A stretch of 32,000 nt of DNA from contig NZ_CP017260.1 in NCBI RefSeq assembly GCF_001735745.1, positions 2,010,001 to 2,042,000 on the forward strand. Direction: 5' to 3'. Shown here piece by piece: positions 1 to 8,082 of this stretch (position 1 is the first letter of the stretch; every line of letters starts with the position of its first letter). The stretch comes from Formosa sp. Hel1_33_131 (GTDB taxonomy: Bacteria; Bacteroidota; Bacteroidia; Flavobacteriales; Flavobacteriaceae). Below the pieces are notes generated by a model. The model did no database searches. It was given only the letters and a program-made list of their open reading frames with translations, and had not been told where the DNA came from. The position numbers and the translations under genes are program-made.

Positions 1-78
1 AGTGCCAATCCAGTTCAAAAATAGAAATCCAATGAGGGCGACTCCAAAAACCCTTAAAAATGATGCGGTTGTTTTCAT
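1..78 (-). CDS. ccoP: cbb3-type cytochrome c oxidase subunit III (CcoP), N-terminal fragment running off the window
   Basis: ATG at 78..76 overlaps the ccoQ stop (ATGA). The translated start MKTTASFLRVFGVALIGFLFLNWIGT looks like a membrane anchor. The call rests on its position after ccoNO-ccoQ, and only 26 codons are visible. Confidence 0.5.
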   Translation of the reverse strand, partial: MKTTASFLRVFGVALIGFLFLNWIGT

Positions 79-272
79 AACAGTGATTGATTTGGGTTGA
101 TAGTATCGTCATTTAAAGGGAGGTTACTCACTTCTTCAATATGTGCTTTATTTGCGGTAGCCACCCACCAGAATAGCACCACAAAAAAAATGAAGAATAT
201 AAGTAATGAAATCATGGGGTAAATTTGTACGCCATCAATGTTCTCTAGGTTTCCTTTTACATATTTTAACAT
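75..272 (-). CDS. ccoQ: cbb3-type cytochrome oxidase small subunit CcoQ/FixQ
   Basis: A 65-aa protein with a single TM helix (YPMISLLIFFIFFVVLFWWV). It starts 3 nt after ccoNO and overlaps the next start. Size, topology and position are typical of FixQ/CcoQ. Confidence 0.8.
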   Translation of the reverse strand: MLKYVKGNLENIDGVQIYPMISLLIFFIFFVVLFWWVATANKAHIEEVSNLPLNDDTINPNQSLL

Positions 273-275
273 AGC

Positions 276-2480
276 TTATTTATTTAAATCTATTAGGGAT
301 GTAGCACCCGTTTGTATTTTTATATCGGTTCCAAGACGTTGCAAATATGCTATCAATGCGACCACTTCACGGTTGCGCATTTCAATAAAATCTTCATCAT
401 TTTGTTGTGCATATTTCTTGTCCGCTTCATAGGTTTTTGCAAAATCGGGATCGTTGTATAAATTTCGCTCTATTTCAGTGCCTTGTTCTAGCATCCATTG
501 TTGAGCCCCTTCTATTTCTTCTTCTGTATATGGAACCCCAAGTGAGACCATCGCTTCCATTTTCGCTTCCGTATCGCTTTTATCTAATTCACTATTAATA
601 AGCCATTTATAAGCGGGCATAATAGAACCTGATGAGGTCGTTTGTGGGTCGTAGAAATGGTTCAAATGCCAGTTGTCACTGTATTTCCCACCGATACGTA
701 AGAGGTCAGGCCCCGTCCGTTTGCTTCCCCAAAGAAAGGGGTGGTCGTACACAAACTCGCCCGCTTTGGCATATTCGCCATAGCGTTCGACTTCACTTCT
801 GAAAGGACGTACCATTTGAGAGTGACAGCCCACACAACCCTCTCGGATATAAATATCTCGACCTTCTAACTCTAAAGGTGTATAAGGTTTAACACTCGAA
901 ATTACAGGGATGTAATCATCCACAATTAAGGAAGGTATGATTTGTACTACCCCACCAATGAGAATGGCGATGGTTGCAAAAATGGTTAATTTCACAGGGC
1001 GTCTTTCCAACCAAGTGTGGTACGCTTCTTTTGAAGTTCGCTTCTTCGTGACTTTTTGAAGTGATGCTGCTTCGGCAAGTTCATCGGTGACTTTAGAGCC
1101 TGCTCTAGCGGTTTTTATAATATTGTAAACACCTATTAACGCGCCTACAATAAACATGGTACCGCCAATAGCTCGCATCCAATACATTGGAATGATTTCC
1201 GTGACTGTTTCTAAAAAATTACCATACGTAAGCGTTCCATCTGGATTGAATTGTTTCCACATAGAAGCCTGAATAAATCCTGCCACATACATTGGTAAAG
1301 CGTACATAATAATTCCTAACGTCCCGATCCAAAAATGCCAGTTCGCAAGTTTGGTGGACCACAGTGTTGTTTTGAATAATTTGGGAACCATCCAATAAAC
1401 CATTCCAAATATTAAGAAGCCGTTCCATGCCAATGCTCCCACATGAACGTGTGCAATCACCCAATCGCTAAAGTGCGCAATAGCGTTTACATTTTTAAGA
1501 GAGAGCATCGGCCCTTCAAAAGTGGCCATTCCATAGCCAGTGATGGCAACCACCATAAATTTTAAAACAGGATCGGTACGGACTTTGTCCCACGCCCCTC
1601 GCAAGGTGAGGAGTCCATTAATCATCCCACCCCAAGACGGCGCAATTAGCATGATTGAAAAAGCAACCCCAAGGTTTTGTGCCCAATCGGGTAGGGTAGA
1701 ATAGAGAAGGTGATGGGGTCCTGCCCATATATAAATGAATATTAAGGACCAGAAGTGAACGATGGATAATTTATAGGAATATACAGGTCTGTTGGCAGCC
1801 TTCGGTACAAAATAATACATCAATCCAAGAAATGGGGTGGTTAAAAAGAATGCCACCGCATTGTGTCCATACCACCATTGTACCAACGCATCTTGTACGC
1901 CCGCATACATCGAATAACTTTTGAGCGCACTGACAGGAATCTCCATACTGTTAACGATGTGTAATACGGCAACCGTTACAAAGGTTCCTAAATAAAACCA
2001 GATAGCAACGTACAAGTGTCGCTGTCTTCTTTTTAAAATTGTTCCTATTAAATTGGCACCAAAAGCCACCCAAATTAATGCAATCGCAATGTCAAAGGGC
2101 CATTCTAATTCTGCATATTCTTTGGAAGTTGTATAGCCTAACGGCAGTGTAATTGCTGCGCCGACGATAATGGCTTGCCATCCCCAAAAATTTAAATTGC
2201 TTAACCAGTCTTTCCACATTCGGGCTTTAAGCAAACGTTGGGAAGAATAATAGACGCCCGCAAAAATGGCGTTTCCAACAAATGCGAAAATCACGGCGTT
2301 GGTATGTAAGGGACGCAAACGTCCAAAACTCAGCCATGATATGCCATCTGTGAGATTGGGAAATAAAAACATAAAGGCCAAAAGAAGCCCAATACTCATC
2401 CCTACAATGCCCCAGAGCATGGTGGCGATGATAAATTTACTTACAATCTTGTTGTCGTAATAAAATTTCTGTAATTCCAT
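276..2480 (-). CDS. ccoN: cbb3-type cytochrome c oxidase, fused subunits I and II (CcoNO)
   Basis: 734 aa. The N-terminal part is a multi-TM heme-copper oxidase subunit I with conserved His contexts (WAGPHHL, IAHVHVGALAWNG). The C-terminal part has a TM anchor and a mono-heme cytochrome c motif CVGCHS (CxxCH), matching CcoO. The N-O fusion is typical of Bacteroidota. Confidence 0.95.
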   Translation of the reverse strand: MELQKFYYDNKIVSKFIIATMLWGIVGMSIGLLLAFMFLFPNLTDGISWLSFGRLRPLHTNAVIFAFVGNAIFAGVYYSSQRLLKARMWKDWLSNLNFWGWQAIIVGAAITLPLGYTTSKEYAELEWPFDIAIALIWVAFGANLIGTILKRRQRHLYVAIWFYLGTFVTVAVLHIVNSMEIPVSALKSYSMYAGVQDALVQWWYGHNAVAFFLTTPFLGLMYYFVPKAANRPVYSYKLSIVHFWSLIFIYIWAGPHHLLYSTLPDWAQNLGVAFSIMLIAPSWGGMINGLLTLRGAWDKVRTDPVLKFMVVAITGYGMATFEGPMLSLKNVNAIAHFSDWVIAHVHVGALAWNGFLIFGMVYWMVPKLFKTTLWSTKLANWHFWIGTLGIIMYALPMYVAGFIQASMWKQFNPDGTLTYGNFLETVTEIIPMYWMRAIGGTMFIVGALIGVYNIIKTARAGSKVTDELAEAASLQKVTKKRTSKEAYHTWLERRPVKLTIFATIAILIGGVVQIIPSLIVDDYIPVISSVKPYTPLELEGRDIYIREGCVGCHSQMVRPFRSEVERYGEYAKAGEFVYDHPFLWGSKRTGPDLLRIGGKYSDNWHLNHFYDPQTTSSGSIMPAYKWLINSELDKSDTEAKMEAMVSLGVPYTEEEIEGAQQWMLEQGTEIERNLYNDPDFAKTYEADKKYAQQNDEDFIEMRNREVVALIAYLQRLGTDIKIQTGATSLIDLNK

Positions 2481-2482
2481 AG

Positions 2483-2692
2483 TTACTTTAGTTGGTCAGT
2501 CATTAGTGTTTGTTCGTTGGTTTTGGGAGCGATTTGAGGCTTTTCTTTGATGACTTCATCTTCAAAAAGCATGCGCACAGAGGGGGTGTAAGTGTCGTCA
2601 TACTGACCGCTTTTTACCGATATGATAAAGGCGACAAAAAAGAGGAGGGCGACAATCACACTTATTGCTAGAAGTAAATAAATAATACTCAT
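2483..2692 (-). CDS. ccoS: cbb3 oxidase maturation protein CcoS/FixS
   Basis: A 69-aa protein with one N-terminal TM helix followed by the SGQYDD motif characteristic of CcoS. It ends 2 nt upstream of ccoNO. Confidence 0.85.
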   Translation of the reverse strand: MSIIYLLLAISVIVALLFFVAFIISVKSGQYDDTYTPSVRMLFEDEVIKEKPQIAPKTNEQTLMTDQLK

Positions 2693-2712
2693 AGTTGTTT
2701 TAAATTAGGATG

Positions 2713-2755
2713 CGAAATTACCATTGATGATTTTTTTAAAAGATGACTTTTGTCA
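2713..2755 (-). promoter_or_regulatory. Candidate FNR/FixK-type box plus -7-like promoter element upstream of ccoS-ccoNOQP
   Basis: Read on the minus strand: palindrome TGACAAAAGTCA (2755..2744), a 23-nt spacer, TAATTTCG (2720..2713, one mismatch to TAnnTTTG), then 20 nt to the ccoS ATG. The same architecture recurs at 5243..5285. Confidence 0.5.
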
Positions 2756-2789
2756 GCTTTGGTATTTATTTATAAAATAGTTTCAAATG

Positions 2790-5210
2790 TCATTCGTTTG
2801 TGTTTCGATTAAATTTCCTTCCAAGGCTGTATGTGTAAATGGTGGTAAATAGGACAATACTTATGGAACTTAAAGGCATCAGAATAGCGGCAACAATCGG
2901 TTCTAGATGTCCTGAAACCGCAAAGCCCAAGCCGATAAGGTTGTAGCACAATGAGAAAATAAAGGCATACATAATGACCTTTTTTCCTTTTCGGGACAGT
3001 GTGATAAATGCTGGAATGTCTTTAAAGCGAGTGGCCTCTAAAATACCGTCACAAGCAGGTGAAAATACATTGATATTTTCTGAAATTACCAGCCCAACAT
3101 CGCTTTGCGCAAGTGCACCCGCGTCATTTAAACCATCACCAACCATCAGTACATTTTGGCCCTTTGCTTGCAGTGCTTTTATATAATTGAGTTTATCGAT
3201 TGGTTTCTGATTGAAAACAAGATCAGTATGTGGAGGAAGTATCTCATTTAAATGGTTTTTTTCGCCTTCATTATCTCCAGAAAGTACCGCAAGTTTACAG
3301 TTTTTCGCCAGTGATTGAAACACGTTTTGCATGCCTTTGCGATAGTCGTTATAGAAAATATAGCAACCTTTATAAGTATCGTTTGTACTGATATGTACGG
3401 TGGTTTGATTTTGTGTTGCTTGATTACATTCAGATTGGTCACTCGCCACAAACGCATAGGAACCAACTTTGATTTTATTTTGATCGAGAACTCCAATAAT
3501 TCCTTGTCCGATTTCTTCCTGAAAATCATCGAGGGTGTGAATGTTATGTTCCAGAAGTAAATGGTATAAGGAGCGACTCAAAGGATGGTTGGAGGCACGA
3601 AGGGTGGAGGTCAGTAAGGACTGCTCTTCTTCTGTAAGTTCGATGCCTTCATAGGTAATTACATTTTTATAGTTTGTAGTAAGTGTGCCTGTTTTGTCAA
3701 AGACAACGGTGTCAACATTCGCAAGTTGTTCAATCACACCACTGTTTTTGACGTAACATTTATGGGTTCCAAAAATGCGTAACAGATTTCCAAGTGTAAA
3801 AGGAGCTGCAAGTGCAATGGCACAAGGGCAGGCAACAATGAGTACGGCCGTAAAAACAGTCAGTGCTAGTGAAGGGTTGTAAATCAACCAAAAGAGAGTT
3901 GCTAAAAGAGCAATACTCAGAATGCTTATCGTAAACCGTTTGCTTATTTGATTTGTGAAGGTTTGAAAACTACTTTTGCCGTTTTTACTAAAAATTTCAT
4001 TGGACCACAGTTGGGTGAGATAACTTTGTTCAACAGATTTTAAGACGTCCATTTCGATCACGCCACTTTGCTGTCGTCCGCCAGCAAATAAGTGTTCTCC
4101 GGGTTGTTTAGAAACCAGGTCAGCCTCGCCGGTAACAAAGCTGTAATCTATTAAAACAGTTCCCCTAATTAAGACGCCATCCACAGGAATCAATTCGTTA
4201 TTTCTAATGATGATTCTATCGCCCGCCACTAAATCATAAACTTGTGCTTGCTCTTCTTGAGAACCTTTGTGATCTTTAGAAGTATTGTTTTTTGTCAATC
4301 GGGTGACCGCAATCGGAAAGTAAGATTTGTAATCCCTTTCGAAAGAGAGAAAGGCATAGGTTTTTTGTTGAAAAAACTTACCCAACAATAAGAAAAACAC
4401 CAATCCAGCCATACTGTCCAAAAATCCAGAACCCCAGTTCATTGTAATCTCAACAGCTGAGCGTATGAAAAGCACCAAAATACCGATGGCAATAGGAACG
4501 TCGATATTTAAGAGTTTAGAGCGGATACTTTTGTAGGCCGAAACTAAATAATCACTCCCTGAATAGAATGCGACAGGAATTGAAAATATTAAAATCAGCC
4601 ATCTAAACACAGGTTTATAGCGGTCCAACCAAAACTCGGATACTTCAAAATATTCAGGAAACGACAAAAACATAATGTTCCCAAACGCAAAACCAGCGGC
4701 CCCTAATTTATAAATAAGACTCCGATTGATGGCAGGTGTTTTGGCGTCGGAATCGTTTAGGGATATATTAGGTTCGTAGCCAATTTTACAGAGTATAAGA
4801 ACAAGTTGGTGAAGCGTTAATTTTTCTGAGTCGAAGCTAACCCGAACCTTTTTCTTAGGAAAATTTACTTGTGTGGTTTTTATATCAGGGTTTAATTTAT
4901 TTAAATTTTCGAGGATCCAAATACAAGAACTGCAGTGGATGGATGGAATGACAAACGAGACTATTTTTGTAGAGAGCTCGTCAAACTCTAGAAGCTTTTT
5001 AGCAATTGTTTCATTTTTCAGATAATCAAACTTGCCATCAAATTTTGAGGGAATACTTCCTGGTGATGTTTCCAATTCGTAATAATACGACAGGTCGTTT
5101 TCGTTTAAAATATCAAAAACGGTTTTGCAGCCATAACAACAAAAACAATGGTCTTGATGCATGATGGCAGTGATTGTACATTCATCGCCGCAATGGAAAC
5201 ACACATCCAT
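2790..5210 (-). CDS. ccoI: Heavy-metal (copper) translocating P-type ATPase, CcoI/FixI-like
   Basis: 806 aa. P1B-ATPase motifs are present: CPC (IVACPCAIALA), DKTGT (VFDKTGTLT) and GDGLND (MVGDGLNDAG). The N-terminus is Cys-rich (CFHCGDEC...CFCCYGC). It lies immediately upstream of ccoS. Confidence 0.85.
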   Translation of the reverse strand: MDVCFHCGDECTITAIMHQDHCFCCYGCKTVFDILNENDLSYYYELETSPGSIPSKFDGKFDYLKNETIAKKLLEFDELSTKIVSFVIPSIHCSSCIWILENLNKLNPDIKTTQVNFPKKKVRVSFDSEKLTLHQLVLILCKIGYEPNISLNDSDAKTPAINRSLIYKLGAAGFAFGNIMFLSFPEYFEVSEFWLDRYKPVFRWLILIFSIPVAFYSGSDYLVSAYKSIRSKLLNIDVPIAIGILVLFIRSAVEITMNWGSGFLDSMAGLVFFLLLGKFFQQKTYAFLSFERDYKSYFPIAVTRLTKNNTSKDHKGSQEEQAQVYDLVAGDRIIIRNNELIPVDGVLIRGTVLIDYSFVTGEADLVSKQPGEHLFAGGRQQSGVIEMDVLKSVEQSYLTQLWSNEIFSKNGKSSFQTFTNQISKRFTISILSIALLATLFWLIYNPSLALTVFTAVLIVACPCAIALAAPFTLGNLLRIFGTHKCYVKNSGVIEQLANVDTVVFDKTGTLTTNYKNVITYEGIELTEEEQSLLTSTLRASNHPLSRSLYHLLLEHNIHTLDDFQEEIGQGIIGVLDQNKIKVGSYAFVASDQSECNQATQNQTTVHISTNDTYKGCYIFYNDYRKGMQNVFQSLAKNCKLAVLSGDNEGEKNHLNEILPPHTDLVFNQKPIDKLNYIKALQAKGQNVLMVGDGLNDAGALAQSDVGLVISENINVFSPACDGILEATRFKDIPAFITLSRKGKKVIMYAFIFSLCYNLIGLGFAVSGHLEPIVAAILMPLSSISIVLFTTIYTYSLGRKFNRNTNE

Positions 5211-5242
5211 AGGATATCTAAGTTAGGTTATAAATTCATTTA

Positions 5243-5285
5243 CAAATATGTAGATAAGCATCTTTAAAAAAGATGACTTTAGTCA
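5243..5285 (-). promoter_or_regulatory. Candidate FNR/FixK-type box plus -7-like promoter element upstream of ccoI, in the spacer shared with the divergent Crp/Fnr gene
   Basis: Read on the minus strand: palindrome TGACTAAAGTCA (5285..5274), a 23-nt spacer, CATATTTG (5250..5243), then 32 nt to the ccoI ATG. It shares the string AAAGTCATCTTTT with the ccoS site. Confidence 0.5.
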
Positions 5286-5383
5286 CCCTTTTATATTTGA
5301 AGACCCTCCCTGTAAATTCTATTTATTTTAAAAATTTAACACTTTTTTCTTCCAAATTATATTAATAATGTTACTTTTATTAC

Positions 5384-6085
5384 ATGGAAAACTATAAAGA
5401 TGACCGATGTGAGAATTGCCTAGTAAGGCAATTAAACGCGCAGAAGTCTCTTAATAAGGATCAATTAAAGCGTATTTCAGACAGTAAAATTTCTAAGTCC
5501 ATAAAAAAAGGAGAGGCTATATTTGAGGAAGGTGAAAAGCTAAATGGTGTTTTTTGTGTTCGTAATGGCGTGTCCAAGCTTTCTAAAATGAGCGATAATG
5601 GAAAAGACACCATCATCAAAATAGCTACTCGTGGGGAGGTCTTAGGACAACGCTCCGTTATTACAGAAGAAAAAACGAATCTAAGTGCTTTTGCTGTCAA
5701 CGATATGGAAGTCTGCTTTATTCCTAAAGTTCATCTACTGGAAAGTATTAATGACAATCCTGGTTTTGCAAAAGCAATCCTTCTTCAAATGGCAAAAGAC
5801 CTTAAGTTTGCGGATAATGTGATTGTCAATATTGCTCAAAAAACCGTCAAACAGCGTTTGGCTGAGGCGATACTATACCTTGATGAAAATTTTGGAGTCG
5901 ATGCTAATGGCTTTATCGCAATGACACTGACTAGAGAGGATATTGCAAATATTGTAGGAACCGCCAAAGAAACCTGTATTCGAACATTGACGAGCTTCAA
6001 AAAACAAGGATGGATTTTTACAGAAGGTAAACGCATTAAAATAGAAGACCATAATGCGCTTTTGAAACTCGCAGAAAATAGATAG
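5384..6085 (+). CDS. Crp/Fnr family transcriptional regulator (FNR-like)
   Basis: 233 aa with a cNMP-binding-like beta-roll and a C-terminal HTH (LTREDIANIVGTAKETCIRTLTSFKKQG). The N-terminal CENC and the internal VCFIP align with E. coli FNR C20/C23 and C122. The gene is divergent from ccoI. Confidence 0.85.
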   Translation: MENYKDDRCENCLVRQLNAQKSLNKDQLKRISDSKISKSIKKGEAIFEEGEKLNGVFCVRNGVSKLSKMSDNGKDTIIKIATRGEVLGQRSVITEEKTNLSAFAVNDMEVCFIPKVHLLESINDNPGFAKAILLQMAKDLKFADNVIVNIAQKTVKQRLAEAILYLDENFGVDANGFIAMTLTREDIANIVGTAKETCIRTLTSFKKQGWIFTEGKRIKIEDHNALLKLAENR

Positions 6086-6113
6086 ATATTAAAATTCAAC
6101 ACTCACTTCATTA

Positions 6114-6641
6114 ATGAAAGACCACACACAAGATTTAAAATCATACATCACGGATGTTCCCGATTTTCCGAAAAAGGGAATTATATTTAAAGACATCACT
6201 TCGTTACTCGAAAGTCCAGAAGGCGTAAGTCTCTGCCTAGAGTCGCTTCTGTCGGAGCTAAAAAATAAACAAATAGACAAAGTTGTGGCTATTGAAGCAC
6301 GCGGTTTTTTCTTTGGAATGCTGTTAGCTCAGTCCCTAAACGTGCCGTTTGTGCCCGTTCGAAAACCAGGGAAATTGCCTCGTAAAGTGATTACTCAATC
6401 TTTTGATTTAGAATATGGGTCGGATGTATTGGAACTGCATGAGGATGCGATACAATCGGGAGATAAAATTTTAATTCATGATGACGTCTTCGCCACTGGA
6501 GGCACTGCTGAAGCGGTGTGTAAAATGGTAGAATCTTTAGGCGGTCAGATTGTTCAATGTAATTTTATCATGAAACTTGATTTTCTTGAAGGCTCTAAAA
6601 AAATAGGAGCTTACCCTGTCTTTGCTGCGATGCGTTATTAA
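6114..6641 (+). CDS. apt: Adenine phosphoribosyltransferase
   Basis: 175 aa. N-terminal DFPKKGIIFKDIT and the PRPP-binding motif ILIHDDVFATGGTAEA are typical of Apt. Confidence 0.95.
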   Translation: MKDHTQDLKSYITDVPDFPKKGIIFKDITSLLESPEGVSLCLESLLSELKNKQIDKVVAIEARGFFFGMLLAQSLNVPFVPVRKPGKLPRKVITQSFDLEYGSDVLELHEDAIQSGDKILIHDDVFATGGTAEAVCKMVESLGGQIVQCNFIMKLDFLEGSKKIGAYPVFAAMRY

Positions 6642-6793
6642 TCCAACGCTTTTTTGGTCACATACAGCCGCCAACCAAATAACGCCATTTGTAATTTTGT
6701 TGCTTTGCTAAGATCAATTCGTTTTTTAGTCAAACTTGGAAGGATCCATTTATTGACTTTTGCGAGGGTTTTAAAAACTGCTTTTGAATTCAT
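6638..6793 (-). CDS. Hypothetical small basic protein (51 aa), absent from the supplied ORF track
   Basis: ATG at 6793..6791 and TAA at 6640..6638, translating to MNSKAVFKTLAKVNKWILPSLTKKRIDLSKATKLQMALFGWRLYVTKKALD. An exact TAnnTTTG match (TATTTTTG, 6805..6798) lies 4 nt upstream of the ATG, with a TTTG 23 nt further upstream. The ORF fills an otherwise empty 233-bp spacer. I have no homology evidence. Confidence 0.3.
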   Translation of the reverse strand: MNSKAVFKTLAKVNKWILPSLTKKRIDLSKATKLQMALFGWRLYVTKKALD

Positions 6794-6874
6794 ACTCCAA
6801 AAATAGAAATTCTTCTTCTAATTTTACACAAATTTCATATCTTAGATTTATCTTCGTAAAAAATAAATAAACGT

Positions 6875-7810
6875 ATGGATGTTGTTTGGATGCTGTTTGG
6901 ATTTGGTCTTCTGGTTATAGGGGGTGAATTTTTGGTACGTGCATCTGTTGCCTTGTCGTTTAAGCTCAATATTTCTAAAATGGTGATTGGACTCACCGTC
7001 GTATCTTTCGCCACCTCGCTTCCAGAACTTCTAGTCAGTTTAAACGCCGCCTTAAATGAGTCCCCATCTATTGCGATTAATAATGTTATTGGTTCCAATA
7101 TTGCCAATATTGGATTGGTTCTTGGAATTACCGCTTTGATAGGAACGATTTATGTGGATAAAACATTTTATAAAATCAACTGGCCTGCACTGATGGTTTT
7201 TTCGTTTGCTTTTTATTATTTCTTAAGTAACGACCTAAAATTAGACGCCGTTGAAGGCGCAGTTTTGTTTCTTAGTTTACTTCTTTTTATTGCCTATTCG
7301 CTTAAAAGATCAGAAGGAATTGAAGCCGATGATTCTATGGATGCCTTGACGATGATCTCTAATTTCAAAATCGTAATATGGTTAATTATTGGTGGTGTTG
7401 CCTTGTATTTTGGCGCCAAATGGTTGGTTGACGGTGCTGTTGTGATCGCTCAAAAAATAGGAGTGAGTGAGGCGGTAATTTCGGTCTCCGTCATTGCGGT
7501 CGGCACGAGTATTCCTGAACTTGCAGCTTCTGTGATTGCCGTGCTTCGAAAAGAAAAAGCAATTTCTTTAGGGAATTTAATAGGCTCTAATATTTTTAAT
7601 ATTGGTTCTGTTCTTGGACTGACAGCGATGATCAAACCGATAGTAGTTGAAGATGCTGAAATTCTTTCAAGAGATATTATTTGGATGCTCGTATTTGCCG
7701 GGCTTTTATTCCCATTAGCATTGATTTTTAAAGGGCATGAAATTAAAAAAATAGAAGGGTTTTTACTGGTCTTTCTGTATGGTGTTTTTATTTATGCCGT
7801 ATTTTCTTAA
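6875..7810 (+). CDS. Calcium/sodium antiporter (CaCA family, YrbG-like)
   Basis: 311 aa with roughly 10 TM helices. Two alpha-repeat signatures are present: GSNIANIGLVLG and GSNIFNIGSVLG. Confidence 0.9.
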   Translation: MDVVWMLFGFGLLVIGGEFLVRASVALSFKLNISKMVIGLTVVSFATSLPELLVSLNAALNESPSIAINNVIGSNIANIGLVLGITALIGTIYVDKTFYKINWPALMVFSFAFYYFLSNDLKLDAVEGAVLFLSLLLFIAYSLKRSEGIEADDSMDALTMISNFKIVIWLIIGGVALYFGAKWLVDGAVVIAQKIGVSEAVISVSVIAVGTSIPELAASVIAVLRKEKAISLGNLIGSNIFNIGSVLGLTAMIKPIVVEDAEILSRDIIWMLVFAGLLFPLALIFKGHEIKKIEGFLLVFLYGVFIYAVFS

Positions 7811-7854
7811 GCTTAAAATTAATTTAATAAAACAATAATTTAAAATAAAATACT

Positions 7855-8046
7855 ATGAATACTTATGAATGTAAAGAATGTGGAATGGCTGTCAAAGCGA
7901 GCTGTGGAAACTGTGATGTACCTTTAGAAAACGGAATGATTGATCTTCCAGATGGTTCACAAGTTCAAGTGTCTAAATGTCCAAAGTGTGAGGGTAAAAT
8001 CAAGTCGCCAATGTGTTGTGGTGCGGATATGAGTTGTAATCTTTAA
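7855..8046 (+). CDS. Small cysteine-rich putative metal-binding protein
   Basis: 63 aa with 9 Cys, arranged as CxxC-x7-CxxC (C6, C9, C17, C20) and CxxC-x8-CC-x5-C (C42, C45, C54, C55, C61). It has no TM helix or signal peptide. It starts 44 nt downstream of the antiporter gene. Confidence 0.6.
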   Translation: MNTYECKECGMAVKASCGNCDVPLENGMIDLPDGSQVQVSKCPKCEGKIKSPMCCGADMSCNL

Positions 8047-8082
8047 TGACAAGTAGATTTTAATAAAATCACTTAGAAAAGA

